Source of the DNA: SAR86 cluster bacterium
GTDB lineage: Bacteria; Pseudomonadota; Gammaproteobacteria; Magnimaribacterales; D2472
Length of the DNA stretch: 64,000 bases
Reading direction: 5' to 3'
Assembly: GCA_023703655.1 (NCBI GenBank)
Contig: CP097973.1
Span: forward strand, 170,663-234,662
In this document: positions 55,473 through 64,000 of the stretch, piece by piece
How positions within the stretch are numbered: the stretch's first letter is position 1
Layout: each line of letters opens with the position of its first letter
Translations under genes and position numbers: made by a program
The notes under the pieces: generated by a model
Database searches by the model: none
Told to the model about the DNA's origin: nothing
Seen by the model: the letters and a program-made list of their open reading frames with translations, nothing else

Positions 55473-56000
55473 ATGAAAAAAATTACTTTACCTCTTTTTT
55501 TAACTTTATTTTTAGCATTACCAATCTTTGCTCTAGAGGGTGTTGCAGTTATTGACCTTAGAACAGCAGTACTTGCTACTCAAGTATCAAAAGATGCTTT
55601 TAAGGCATTAGAGGAGGAAAGTGATTACTCTTCAAATGTTGAGCAAGCGAGAATATTGCAAACTGATAGACAATCTTTAGCTGAGAAACTTTCAAAAGAA
55701 GCTGAGACCCTTTCACAGGAAGAGATTGGCGATATTCAAAGATCAATTCAAGAAAAATCTAAGGACTTAGAATTTATTGTTAATAAGATCCAAACAAAGC
55801 AAAATGAAACAGCTGATAAAGTTTTTAGAGACTTGAATCCATCAGTGCAAAAGATATTGCAGGAATTAATCGCTGCAAAGGAAGTAAAGTTATTATTAGG
55901 GAGAGAAAATATACTTTTCTCAGATCAAGCTTTAGATCTAACGGATGATGTAACCTCAATGCTTGATGTTGCTCTTAAAGATCAAAATTCAGATAATTAA
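55473..56000 (+). CDS. skp: periplasmic chaperone Skp (OmpH)
   Basis: 175 aa with a signal peptide and a coiled-coil-rich K/E/Q sequence. Conserved slot between bamA and lpxD. Confidence 0.85.
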   Translation: MKKITLPLFLTLFLALPIFALEGVAVIDLRTAVLATQVSKDAFKALEEESDYSSNVEQARILQTDRQSLAEKLSKEAETLSQEEIGDIQRSIQEKSKDLEFIVNKIQTKQNETADKVFRDLNPSVQKILQELIAAKEVKLLLGRENILFSDQALDLTDDVTSMLDVALKDQNSDN

Positions 56001-56002
56001 GT

Positions 56003-56983
56003 TTGTCAGAAACTGGATACTCTCTTAAAGAAATTGCAGATTTTTTAGATGCAGAGCTCTTTGGAGACCCGTCTCTTAAGATCATAGGAATCTGCTCATT
56101 AAATAATCCAATTAAGGATCATATAACTTTTGTATCTGAACAAAAAAAAGAACACTTAATTAAGGATACCAAAGCCTCAGCTATTATTGTTTCCAAAGAG
56201 ATTGGTAATGATGTACATAAAAACCTTCTTCAGGTGAATGATCCTTATCTTGCGTATGCTAAAGTCACACAACTTTTCTTTAATTCAAATGACATTCCAT
56301 ATGGTAACGATTTTTATAGTGACAAGAGTGCCAGGATATCTGATACGGCGCAGGTCGGTTCAAATGCCCATATTGGTCAAGATTCTGAAATAGGTGATAA
56401 CGTCTGCATTGGCCCAAATGTATTCATTGGGGATAATTGTATTATCCAAAATAACACTATTATTCATTCAAATGTATCTATATATAGTAATGTTTCAATT
56501 GGTGAAAATTGTATTATTCACTCAAATTCAGTTTTGGGCTCAGATGGTTTTGGATTCGCAAAATCTAAGGGTAAATATGTAAAAATTCATCAACTTGGTG
56601 GCTTATCGATTGGTAATGATGTAGAAGTTGGTGCTGCGTGTTGCATTGACAGGGGTGCAATTGATAACACTGTGATTTCAAATGGAGTTAAACTTGATAA
56701 TAATATACACATAGCCCATAACGTTATCATTGGTGAGAACTCAGCAATTGCTGCCTCATGCGCAATTGCTGGCTCAACAATAATTGGTAAAAATTTCCAA
56801 ATGGGCGGTTTATCAGGAGTTATAGGACATCTTAGAATTTGTGATGATGTTTTTGTAGGAGCGCACACGCTTATAACTAAGAGTATAAAGGAGCCGGGCG
56901 AATATGTTGGAATTATGCCTGCACAAAGTCATAGTGAGTGGGCTAAGTCATCTGTATTTATTAAAAAAAAAGGTAAGAAATGA
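56003..56983 (+). CDS. lpxD: UDP-3-O-acylglucosamine N-acyltransferase
   Basis: 326 aa with a TTG start. Left-handed beta-helix hexapeptide repeats. Conserved position. Confidence 0.94.
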   Translation: MSETGYSLKEIADFLDAELFGDPSLKIIGICSLNNPIKDHITFVSEQKKEHLIKDTKASAIIVSKEIGNDVHKNLLQVNDPYLAYAKVTQLFFNSNDIPYGNDFYSDKSARISDTAQVGSNAHIGQDSEIGDNVCIGPNVFIGDNCIIQNNTIIHSNVSIYSNVSIGENCIIHSNSVLGSDGFGFAKSKGKYVKIHQLGGLSIGNDVEVGAACCIDRGAIDNTVISNGVKLDNNIHIAHNVIIGENSAIAASCAIAGSTIIGKNFQMGGLSGVIGHLRICDDVFVGAHTLITKSIKEPGEYVGIMPAQSHSEWAKSSVFIKKKGKK

Positions 56984-57426
56984 CTAATAAATATGATCTT
57001 GATCATGTAAAAAAGCACTTACCACATCGCGATCCTTTTTTGTTTGTTGATAAAGTCATCGATATTGAATTAGGTGAAAGAATTCATGCGCAGCGATTCT
57101 TGTCTCCTGATGAGAATTTTTTTGCAGGCCATTTTCCTGATAAACCAGTAATGCCTGGGGTTTTAATTATAGAGGCCATGGCACAAGCCGCTGGTGTGCT
57201 TGGTTTTATGACAATGAACAAAACTCCTGAAGAGGGAAGCATATATTATTTTGCAGGCGCTGATAAAGTAAGATTTAAGAAACCTGTATTACCAGGTGAA
57301 ACTATTGATCTATTTGCTAGCATAAATAGTGTGAAAAGTGGCATTTGGAAGTTTGATTGTTATTCAGAAGTTAACAAATCAAGAATTTGCAGTGCTACAA
57401 TTTTATGTGCGGATAGACCAAAATGA
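56980..57426 (+). CDS. fabZ: 3-hydroxyacyl-ACP dehydratase FabZ
   Basis: 148 aa: ...LPHRDPFLFVDKV...FFAGHFPDKPVMPGVLIIEAMAQ... Confidence 0.97.
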   Translation: MTNKYDLDHVKKHLPHRDPFLFVDKVIDIELGERIHAQRFLSPDENFFAGHFPDKPVMPGVLIIEAMAQAAGVLGFMTMNKTPEEGSIYYFAGADKVRFKKPVLPGETIDLFASINSVKSGIWKFDCYSEVNKSRICSATILCADRPK

Positions 57427-58190
57427 CAGATACTTCTTTTATCCATAAAAATTCAAAAATTCATTCATCCTGCAAGGTAGGACCATTTTGTTATATTGGT
57501 GAAGATGTTGAAATTGCGGAGGATTGTGAACTATTAAGCCATGTTGTTATTAAAGGCCCATGCAAAATTGGACCAAATAATAAATTCTTTCAATTCTGCA
57601 CAATAGGCGAGGATACACCTGACAAAAAATTTAAAGGTGAAAAAACGCAACTGCATATAGGTTCTAACAATATATTTAGAGAGGGCTTTACTGTGCATAG
57701 GGGCACTATTCAAGATAACTCATTAACTACGATAAAAGATAACAACCTATTTATGGCATATTCCCATGTAGCTCATGATTGCATTGTAGGAAGCAATAAT
57801 GTATTTGCAAATAATTGTGGGATTGCCGGCCATGTAAAGGTCGGAAATAACGTTACACTCGGTGCTGTTTCTCTTGTACATCAATTTTGTAACATTGGTG
57901 ATTATGCTTTTACGGGCTTGAATTCTGTAATCACAATGGACGTACCAGCATTTGTGAAGGTTGCCTCAAATCCAGCAAAACCAGTTGGTTTAAATTCAAT
58001 TGGTATGCAGAGGGGTGGGATTTCAGATGATGAAATTAAGTTACTCAAAAAAGCTTACAGAATTTTGTATAGGGATGGAAACCTTCTCATAGAGGCAATT
58101 TCAAAAATCAATGAACTGGATAATAATAAATCAATACTTAAGATTTTTATAGATTCAATCGAGAATTCCTCAAGAGGAATATTACGATAA
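57423..58190 (+). CDS. lpxA: acyl-ACP--UDP-N-acetylglucosamine O-acyltransferase
   Basis: 255 aa with hexapeptide repeats and a C-terminal helical domain. Conserved position. Confidence 0.95.
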   Translation: MTDTSFIHKNSKIHSSCKVGPFCYIGEDVEIAEDCELLSHVVIKGPCKIGPNNKFFQFCTIGEDTPDKKFKGEKTQLHIGSNNIFREGFTVHRGTIQDNSLTTIKDNNLFMAYSHVAHDCIVGSNNVFANNCGIAGHVKVGNNVTLGAVSLVHQFCNIGDYAFTGLNSVITMDVPAFVKVASNPAKPVGLNSIGMQRGGISDDEIKLLKKAYRILYRDGNLLIEAISKINELDNNKSILKIFIDSIENSSRGILR

Positions 58191-59345
58191 GTGTCGGGAG
58201 ATACTGTTAAGATTGGCATAGTCACAGCGGAGGAATCAGGTGATTTATTAGCTGCGGAGTTTATAAAAGCACTTTCCTTATCAAGTAAAAAGGTTCAAAT
58301 ATGTGGGTTAGTTGGAGAGAAATTAGGACACATGATTAATGAATCTCCAACAGAAGTTGATCGCAGTGTATTTAATGTAATGGGCTTGATTGACCCATTT
58401 TTAAATCTCCAAAAAATTCTTGGTGAAAGAAAAAAACTATTGGATTACTTTCTCAAGCAAAATATTGACATTTTTATTGGCGTAGATTCACCAGACCTAA
58501 ATTTATATTTCCACAAAAAATTAAAAAATAAACAAGATGTAATAAATATCCAACTTGTCAGCCCATCTGTATGGGGATGGCGACCAAAAAGAATTAATTT
58601 ATTAAAAAAATATGTTGATCTAACTTTGTGTTTATTTAAATTTGAACATCAACATTTGCAACAAAACGCAGTAAATTCCTTACATCTTGGACATCCTTTC
58701 TCAAAGATTAGGCAAAAAAATGACCAAAAGAATATTATTCACTCTCATAATTTACCAATTGATAAAACCTTTGTATCTGTATTAGTAGGAAGTAGAGATT
58801 CAGAAATTCGATACATGTTAGATACTTACATATTGTCAATAAAAGAGATTAACAAAAATTTTCAAAACAACTTTTATTTATTCCCTACAAGCAACGAGAG
58901 ACATGAAAAACTCATTAATCAATTTCTTTTGTCTAATAATATAAATGGTATTGCCAAGAGTGGAGCATCCTCAGACTTTCTGCAATTATCAGAAATATCT
59001 ATAGTTACTTCTGGGACTGCGACTCTTGAAGCTGTTTGTAATGATAGTGTTCCTATTATTTGTTATAAGACAGGTGCCATTAATTATTTTATTTTGTCAA
59101 AGTTAGTGGTTTCGCAATACATTGGAATACCAAATTTAATCTTGAATAAGAATGTATTTCCTGAGTTAATTCAAAATGATTTTAATCATAAAAGTGTTTT
59201 AAGTCACTTTAAAAAAATAACTTTAGATAAAAATACTTACAAAAGTAAATTATTTGATGTAAAGGAGTTAATAAAGGGCATGGGTTTTGCTAAAGTTACT
59301 GCAGACGTTTTAAGATTATATGAAAATAAGCGCGGGAGTAGATGA
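58191..59345 (+). CDS. lpxB: lipid-A-disaccharide synthase
   Basis: 384 aa with a GTG start: ...IGIVTAEESGDLLAAEFIKAL... Conserved position. Confidence 0.92.
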   Translation: MSGDTVKIGIVTAEESGDLLAAEFIKALSLSSKKVQICGLVGEKLGHMINESPTEVDRSVFNVMGLIDPFLNLQKILGERKKLLDYFLKQNIDIFIGVDSPDLNLYFHKKLKNKQDVINIQLVSPSVWGWRPKRINLLKKYVDLTLCLFKFEHQHLQQNAVNSLHLGHPFSKIRQKNDQKNIIHSHNLPIDKTFVSVLVGSRDSEIRYMLDTYILSIKEINKNFQNNFYLFPTSNERHEKLINQFLLSNNINGIAKSGASSDFLQLSEISIVTSGTATLEAVCNDSVPIICYKTGAINYFILSKLVVSQYIGIPNLILNKNVFPELIQNDFNHKSVLSHFKKITLDKNTYKSKLFDVKELIKGMGFAKVTADVLRLYENKRGSR

Positions 59346-59862
59346 AGTTGGAAGAGGGTCTTTAGCAGGTCCCGTAATTGCATCCTCAGTAATACTAGAT
59401 TATGAGATATTAGGTTTAGATGATTCTAAAAAGCTCTCAAAAACGAAAAGAGAAGCACTTTATGAGATCATAACGAAAAATTGTACCTTCGCAATTGGTA
59501 GCGCATCAAATGAGGAGATTGATTCAATGAATATACATAATGCTAGCTTGCTTGCAATGAAGAGATCTGTTGAAAATCTCAGCAAACAGCCATCTTTTGT
59601 ATTTGTTGATGGCAAATTTAATTTAGATATCGATATTGATAATAAAGCAGTAATAAATGGAGACTCACTTATCGATTCAATATCAGCAGCATCAATTATT
59701 GCTAAAGTATATAGAGATAATTACATGAGGGAGATGCATGATTATTTTCCAAATTATGACTTCATCAACAATAAGGGCTATCCTACAAAAAATCATAAAA
59801 TAGCATTAAAAAAGCATGGCCCCTCAGAAATCCACCGTCTTTCCTTTAGAGGCGTATTTTGA
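59320..59862 (+). CDS. rnhB: ribonuclease HII
   Basis: 180 aa: MKISAGVDEVGRGSLAGPV...DSKKLS... Overlaps the lpxB 3' end by 26 nt. Confidence 0.94.
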   Translation: MKISAGVDEVGRGSLAGPVIASSVILDYEILGLDDSKKLSKTKREALYEIITKNCTFAIGSASNEEIDSMNIHNASLLAMKRSVENLSKQPSFVFVDGKFNLDIDIDNKAVINGDSLIDSISAASIIAKVYRDNYMREMHDYFPNYDFINNKGYPTKNHKIALKKHGPSEIHRLSFRGVF

Positions 59863-62800
59863 GTAAGCAACAAGAATTCGTTCATCTCCGTTGTAGTTCT
59901 GAATACAGTATCTCAAGAGGCTTGTCTAAGATTAAAGACATAGTGGATACTGCTAAATCTCATGGTATGCCAGCAATTGCTCTGACTGACTTTGGAAATT
60001 TATTTGGTCTGGTAAAATTTTTCTCATATGCAGAATCCCAAGGCATTAAACCTATTATTGGGACTGTAATGTATGTTAAAGACTCTTTTACTGAAGATAT
60101 TTCTGAAGCACTTTTTATTGCAAAAAATAATGATGGCCTTAGTGATCTGGTAAATTTAATATCAGCTTCACAGCATCAAATTATTTCACATTGTAATTAC
60201 GTCACTTTTGATCAAATATCTCAAGACGCTGAAAATAAGTTTGTTATTTTAGGTGGAAAGAGATCCGAACTTTTTAAGTTTGTTTCACAAAATAAGAATA
60301 AGTATGCTGAAAACCTCATTCATGAATATAAGAATATTTTTAAAGAGAATTTATTAGTAGAATGCCAGTTTTTTGAAAATGAATTAGAAAATTCAATTTC
60401 TAAAAAAGTTGTCAATCTTGCATCAAAACTTTGTATACCAGTGATTGCAACTAATGATTGTATGTTTTGTAAAAAGGAAGATTTTGATATCCACGAAATC
60501 AAGGTTTGTATCAACAGCAAAACATCTATTAATGATAGCAATAGAGAGAAACTTTTCTCGCAGGAACAATTTATAAAGTCTTCAAAAGAAATGGAGGCAT
60601 TATTTAGCAAACAATTTAAAATGGGATTGAAAAATACTTTTGATGTAGCAAAATCTTGTAACGTTTCATTATCCACCGGTGAATACTTCCTACCAGAGTA
60701 TCCGGTTCCAAGCGGAGAGTCTTTTGATTCGTTCCTTGAAAAACAGGCATTTAAAGGATTAGAAGCCATTGTTAACGATATCAATAAAGATCTACATAAT
60801 GAATACATTGAGAGGCTCAAATATGAGATTAGTGAAATTAAAAAAACAGGTTTTTCAAGTTATTTTTTAATTGTTGCTGATTTTATTTTATGGTCAAAAT
60901 CAAATGATATTCCTGTCGGACCAGGACGTGGATCGGGTGCTGGCTCATTAGTAGCATTTGCATTAGGTATAACTGAATTAGATCCAATTGAACATAATCT
61001 TCTTTTTGAAAGATTCATCAATCCTGAGAGAATATCAATGCCTGATTTTGACATAGACTTTTGCATGGATAAGCGAGATAAAGTTATTAATTATGTAAGT
61101 GAAAAGTATGGGGGTGATGCTGTTTCTCAGATTGTGACCTTTGGAACAATGGCAGCAAGGGCTGTTGTAAGGGATGTTGCTAGAGCAATAGGAAAGCCAT
61201 ACAGTTTAGGAGACAGGATTGCCAATATGATTCCAACTACCCCAGGAGTGACCCTAAAGCAGTCTATTGATTCTCAACCACTTTTTAAAAAAATGATAAA
61301 TGACGAAGATGAAGTCTCAGAAATAATTGATATATCTTTTAAATTAGAGGGTATTGTCAGAAATGTTGGTAAACATGCCGGTGGAATAGTCATAGCTCCA
61401 GGAAAGATAACTGATTTTTGTCCAATATACATAGATCAAGAATCCAATTCTTCGATGACCCAATTAGATAAAGATGATATCGAAACCATAGGCCTAGTCA
61501 AATTTGATTTCTTAGGTTTGAGAACTCTTACAGTTATTGATAATACCCTTGAACAAATAAACAAATTTTATGAAACAAAGTATGGCAAGAAGCTTGATCT
61601 TCAAGAAATAGATTTATCAGATCAAAGCGTTTACGAATTACTTAGTAGAGGGGATACATTAGCAGTTTTTCAACTGGAATCACCCGGTATGCGTGAATTG
61701 ATTAGAAGACTAAAACCAACCAAATTTGAAGAGATTGTTGCTTTACTTGCTCTATATCGTCCAGGCCCACTCAAATCAAAAATGGATGATGAATTTGTTA
61801 ATAGAAAACATAATAAAGTTAAGGTTACCTTTCCCCATGCAATGCTCGAGCCAGTTCTTGAAGAAACATATGGAGTGATTCTTTATCAAGAACAAGTAAT
61901 GAAGGCAGCACAGGTGTTAGCAAATTATACCCTTGGTGAGGCAGACATCCTTAGACGGGCAATGGGTAAAAAGAAAAAAGATGAAATGAGTCTTCAAAGA
62001 GAGGTTTTTGTTAGGGGATGCAATAACAATAAGATAAAAAAACCAGTTGCAGAAAAAATATTTGATTTGATCGAGAAATTTGCTGAATATGGCTTTAATA
62101 AGTCACACTCAGCTGCTTACGCACTTATCTCATTTCAGACTGCATTTTTAAAGACGCATTATCCTGCTTATTTCATGGCAGGTGTATTAACCTCTGAGCT
62201 TGGAAATACGGACAAAATACAAATATTAATTAAAGAATGTAGGAGTATGGGTTTAGAAGTTCTTAGTCCCAATGTAAACACCTCGAATAAACATTTTATA
62301 GTTAATGATGCAGGAAAAATCGAATATGGTCTTGGTGCTATTAAAGGCGTAGCAGATTCATACTTAGATAGCTTGATAGAGAATCAAAAACATAATTATA
62401 AGGATTTGTTTGATTTAACATCAAAGACAGATGTTAAAATTGGTGGCAGAAGATCAATAGAGTCATTAGCAAAATCTGGTGCATTTGACTCAATCTCACC
62501 TTCAAGAGCAGTAGCTATTTCTTCAATTGAAGATATATTGCGTGAAGCACAAAAAGATACTAACAGCAATGATTTATTCTCTAACACAAAAATTACTTTT
62601 GATCCCTATGAAAAATATCAAAACATAAAAGAAATCTCTCAAAATAAAGCACTTGAATTTGAAAAAGAAGCATTTGGATTCTATTTCACTGGCCACCCTA
62701 TACAAATTAATGAAAGTTTTTATTCCTCTTATAGGTCTGCGCAGATTTCAGACATAACTGAACCAAGAGAAAATGCAAAAATTGTTGGCATGATTAATCA

Positions 62801-63308
62801 ATTAAGACAAATCAAAGACAAACGAGGAAGAAATTTAATGTTTGTATCATTTGATGATGGATCGGGTAGCATGGAAGGAACAATTGGTTCAGATTTACTG
62901 CAATCTCATCACGAGATTTTCAAGAAAGACAAAATACTGATTTTTATTGGTAATGTTGATTATGATGACTTTAAATCAAACCAACTTAATAAAACAATGT
63001 ATAAAATGGACGTTAAGAATGTAGAGTTAATTGATAACACTGTTAATGATTTATCTAAAGAAATATTAATAGATTTAACTCAGTTTGATGCCGATACCTT
63101 AAGAATTATTTCTGAAGATGCAAATAAAACTAATGGTACGTTTTGGGAAAAAAATGCATGTACTGTTAAACTAAAGATTTCCTCAAATCAATTCACTGGC
63201 ATTATTACTCTTGGTGAAAACTTCACAGTTACCCCATCAAGGGAAAAATTAGATCAGCTTCATGATATATTTAGAACAAAAAATATTATTATAGAAAGCG
63301 CGTTATGA
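59859..63308 (+). CDS. dnaE: DNA polymerase III subunit alpha
   Basis: 1149 aa with a TTG start. PHP domain [11 protein letters not shown] and the polymerase core ...PDFDIDFC... Confidence 0.98.
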   Translation: MSKQQEFVHLRCSSEYSISRGLSKIKDIVDTAKSHGMPAIALTDFGNLFGLVKFFSYAESQGIKPIIGTVMYVKDSFTEDISEALFIAKNNDGLSDLVNLISASQHQIISHCNYVTFDQISQDAENKFVILGGKRSELFKFVSQNKNKYAENLIHEYKNIFKENLLVECQFFENELENSISKKVVNLASKLCIPVIATNDCMFCKKEDFDIHEIKVCINSKTSINDSNREKLFSQEQFIKSSKEMEALFSKQFKMGLKNTFDVAKSCNVSLSTGEYFLPEYPVPSGESFDSFLEKQAFKGLEAIVNDINKDLHNEYIERLKYEISEIKKTGFSSYFLIVADFILWSKSNDIPVGPGRGSGAGSLVAFALGITELDPIEHNLLFERFINPERISMPDFDIDFCMDKRDKVINYVSEKYGGDAVSQIVTFGTMAARAVVRDVARAIGKPYSLGDRIANMIPTTPGVTLKQSIDSQPLFKKMINDEDEVSEIIDISFKLEGIVRNVGKHAGGIVIAPGKITDFCPIYIDQESNSSMTQLDKDDIETIGLVKFDFLGLRTLTVIDNTLEQINKFYETKYGKKLDLQEIDLSDQSVYELLSRGDTLAVFQLESPGMRELIRRLKPTKFEEIVALLALYRPGPLKSKMDDEFVNRKHNKVKVTFPHAMLEPVLEETYGVILYQEQVMKAAQVLANYTLGEADILRRAMGKKKKDEMSLQREVFVRGCNNNKIKKPVAEKIFDLIEKFAEYGFNKSHSAAYALISFQTAFLKTHYPAYFMAGVLTSELGNTDKIQILIKECRSMGLEVLSPNVNTSNKHFIVNDAGKIEYGLGAIKGVADSYLDSLIENQKHNYKDLFDLTSKTDVKIGGRRSIESLAKSGAFDSISPSRAVAISSIEDILREAQKDTNSNDLFSNTKITFDPYEKYQNIKEISQNKALEFEKEAFGFYFTGHPIQINESFYSSYRSAQISDITEPRENAKIVGMINQLRQIKDKRGRNLMFVSFDDGSGSMEGTIGSDLLQSHHEIFKKDKILIFIGNVDYDDFKSNQLNKTMYKMDVKNVELIDNTVNDLSKEILIDLTQFDADTLRIISEDANKTNGTFWEKNACTVKLKISSNQFTGIITLGENFTVTPSREKLDQLHDIFRTKNIIIESAL

Positions 63309-64000
63309 AGAATTTTTATTTAGATTTTGAGAAACCAATTTCAGATATTGTGGATAAGATTGAGGCTCTGAAAATTGCTTCTGAAGATGACCCAAAATTA
63401 ATTCCTGAAATTGAAAAATTAAAAAGCAAAGAGAAAAACTTAAGAAAAAGAATATTTTCAAAACTCTCAATTTGGCAAAAAGTACAAATTGCCAGGCATC
63501 CGCAGCGTCCACACACAAAAGATTACATTGATCTTATCTTTAGCAATTTCGTTGAACTGCATGGTGATCGTCAATATGCTGATGATGCAGCAATTATTGG
63601 AGGTATTGGAGATATCGATAATAAATCTTTCATGATTATTGGGCATGAGAAGGGTAGAGAAACAGAGGAGAAAGTTAAAAGAAATTTTGGAATGCCACAT
63701 CCTGAAGGTTATAGAAAGGCAAAAAGATTAATGTTGCTAGCAGAAAGATTTTCATTACCCATCATTTCTTTTATTGACACCGCAGGTGCTTATCCAGGCA
63801 TTGAAGGAGAAGAGAGAGGGCAAAGTGAAGCAATTGCAAGTAATTTAGCCTTAATGTCAAAACTAAAAACCCAAATTCTTGTTTTCATAACTGGTGAGGG
63901 TGGTTCTGGAGGTGCTTTGGGGATTGGAGTTGGTGATCATTACTCTATTCTTGAACATGCAACATATTCTGTTGCTTCTCCTGAGGCATGTTCCTCCATC
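63305..64000 (+). CDS. accA: acetyl-CoA carboxylase carboxyltransferase subunit alpha; 3' end runs off the window
   Basis: Absent from the ORF track because it is open-ended. Hand translation from the ATG at 63305 (ATGA overlap with the dnaE stop) gives [15 protein letters not shown]...[14 protein letters not shown]...[17 protein letters not shown]...[11 protein letters not shown]...[23 protein letters not shown]... Open for 232 codons to base 64000. Confidence 0.95.
   Translation, partial: MKNFYLDFEKPISDIVDKIEALKIASEDDPKLIPEIEKLKSKEKNLRKRIFSKLSIWQKVQIARHPQRPHTKDYIDLIFSNFVELHGDRQYADDAAIIGGIGDIDNKSFMIIGHEKGRETEEKVKRNFGMPHPEGYRKAKRLMLLAERFSLPIISFIDTAGAYPGIEGEERGQSEAIASNLALMSKLKTQILVFITGEGGSGGALGIGVGDHYSILEHATYSVASPEACSSI

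Overview
AT-rich (roughly mid-30s % GC by eye), very compact stretch of gammaproteobacterial core genome. I call 77 CDS, 3 tRNAs and the tmRNA. By my own tally only about 1.25 kb of the 64 kb (about 2%) lies outside genes. The content is six conserved housekeeping blocks joined end to end. (1) birA(-) / tRNA-Tyr / tRNA-Thr-tuf-tRNA-Trp-secE-nusG-rplKAJL-rpoBC-rpsLG-fusA, then the S10, spc and alpha r-protein operons through rplQ, all on the + strand. (2) uvrA(-)/ssb(+). (3) fabB-fabA-ispB(-) diverging from rplU-rpmA-obg(+). (4) rpsT-ssrA-smpB(-), a small membrane protein plus an NSS transporter, ratA, bamE(-), and fur-grpE-dnaK-dnaJ-dapB. (5) rpsB-tsf-pyrH-frr-uppS-cdsA-dxr-rseP-bamA-skp-lpxD-fabZ-lpxA-lpxB-rnhB-dnaE-accA. 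As far as I recall, block order and local gene order resemble Pseudomonas-type genomes more than E. coli (fabA-fabB, bamE/fur, dnaJ-dapB, frr-uppS-cdsA-dxr). The composition and compaction suggest a streamlined, possibly marine, gammaproteobacterium; that taxonomic guess is inference only. I found no mobile elements, CRISPR arrays, defence or toxin islands, pseudogenes, or orphan gene clusters, so I do not think this window holds a novel system. The points worth a second look all follow from extreme compaction. Most classical r-protein regulatory leaders and the tufA copy are missing. A promoter-plus-leader module occurs twice. Promoter-like hexamers sit inside rpoC and would give a nearly leaderless rpsL. 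Four convergent gene pairs abut or overlap at their stop codons. The rpsT start sits 47 nt from the tmRNA 3' end. A 9-codon uORF bridges frr and uppS. A membrane-protein/NSS-transporter pair is translationally coupled. Three genes missed by the ORF track were recovered by hand: partial birA, rpmJ and partial accA. Six over-extended ORF starts were corrected (rplJ, rpsS, rplR, rplQ, ratA, dxr), and for rplW I prefer the ATG at 18351 over 18342.
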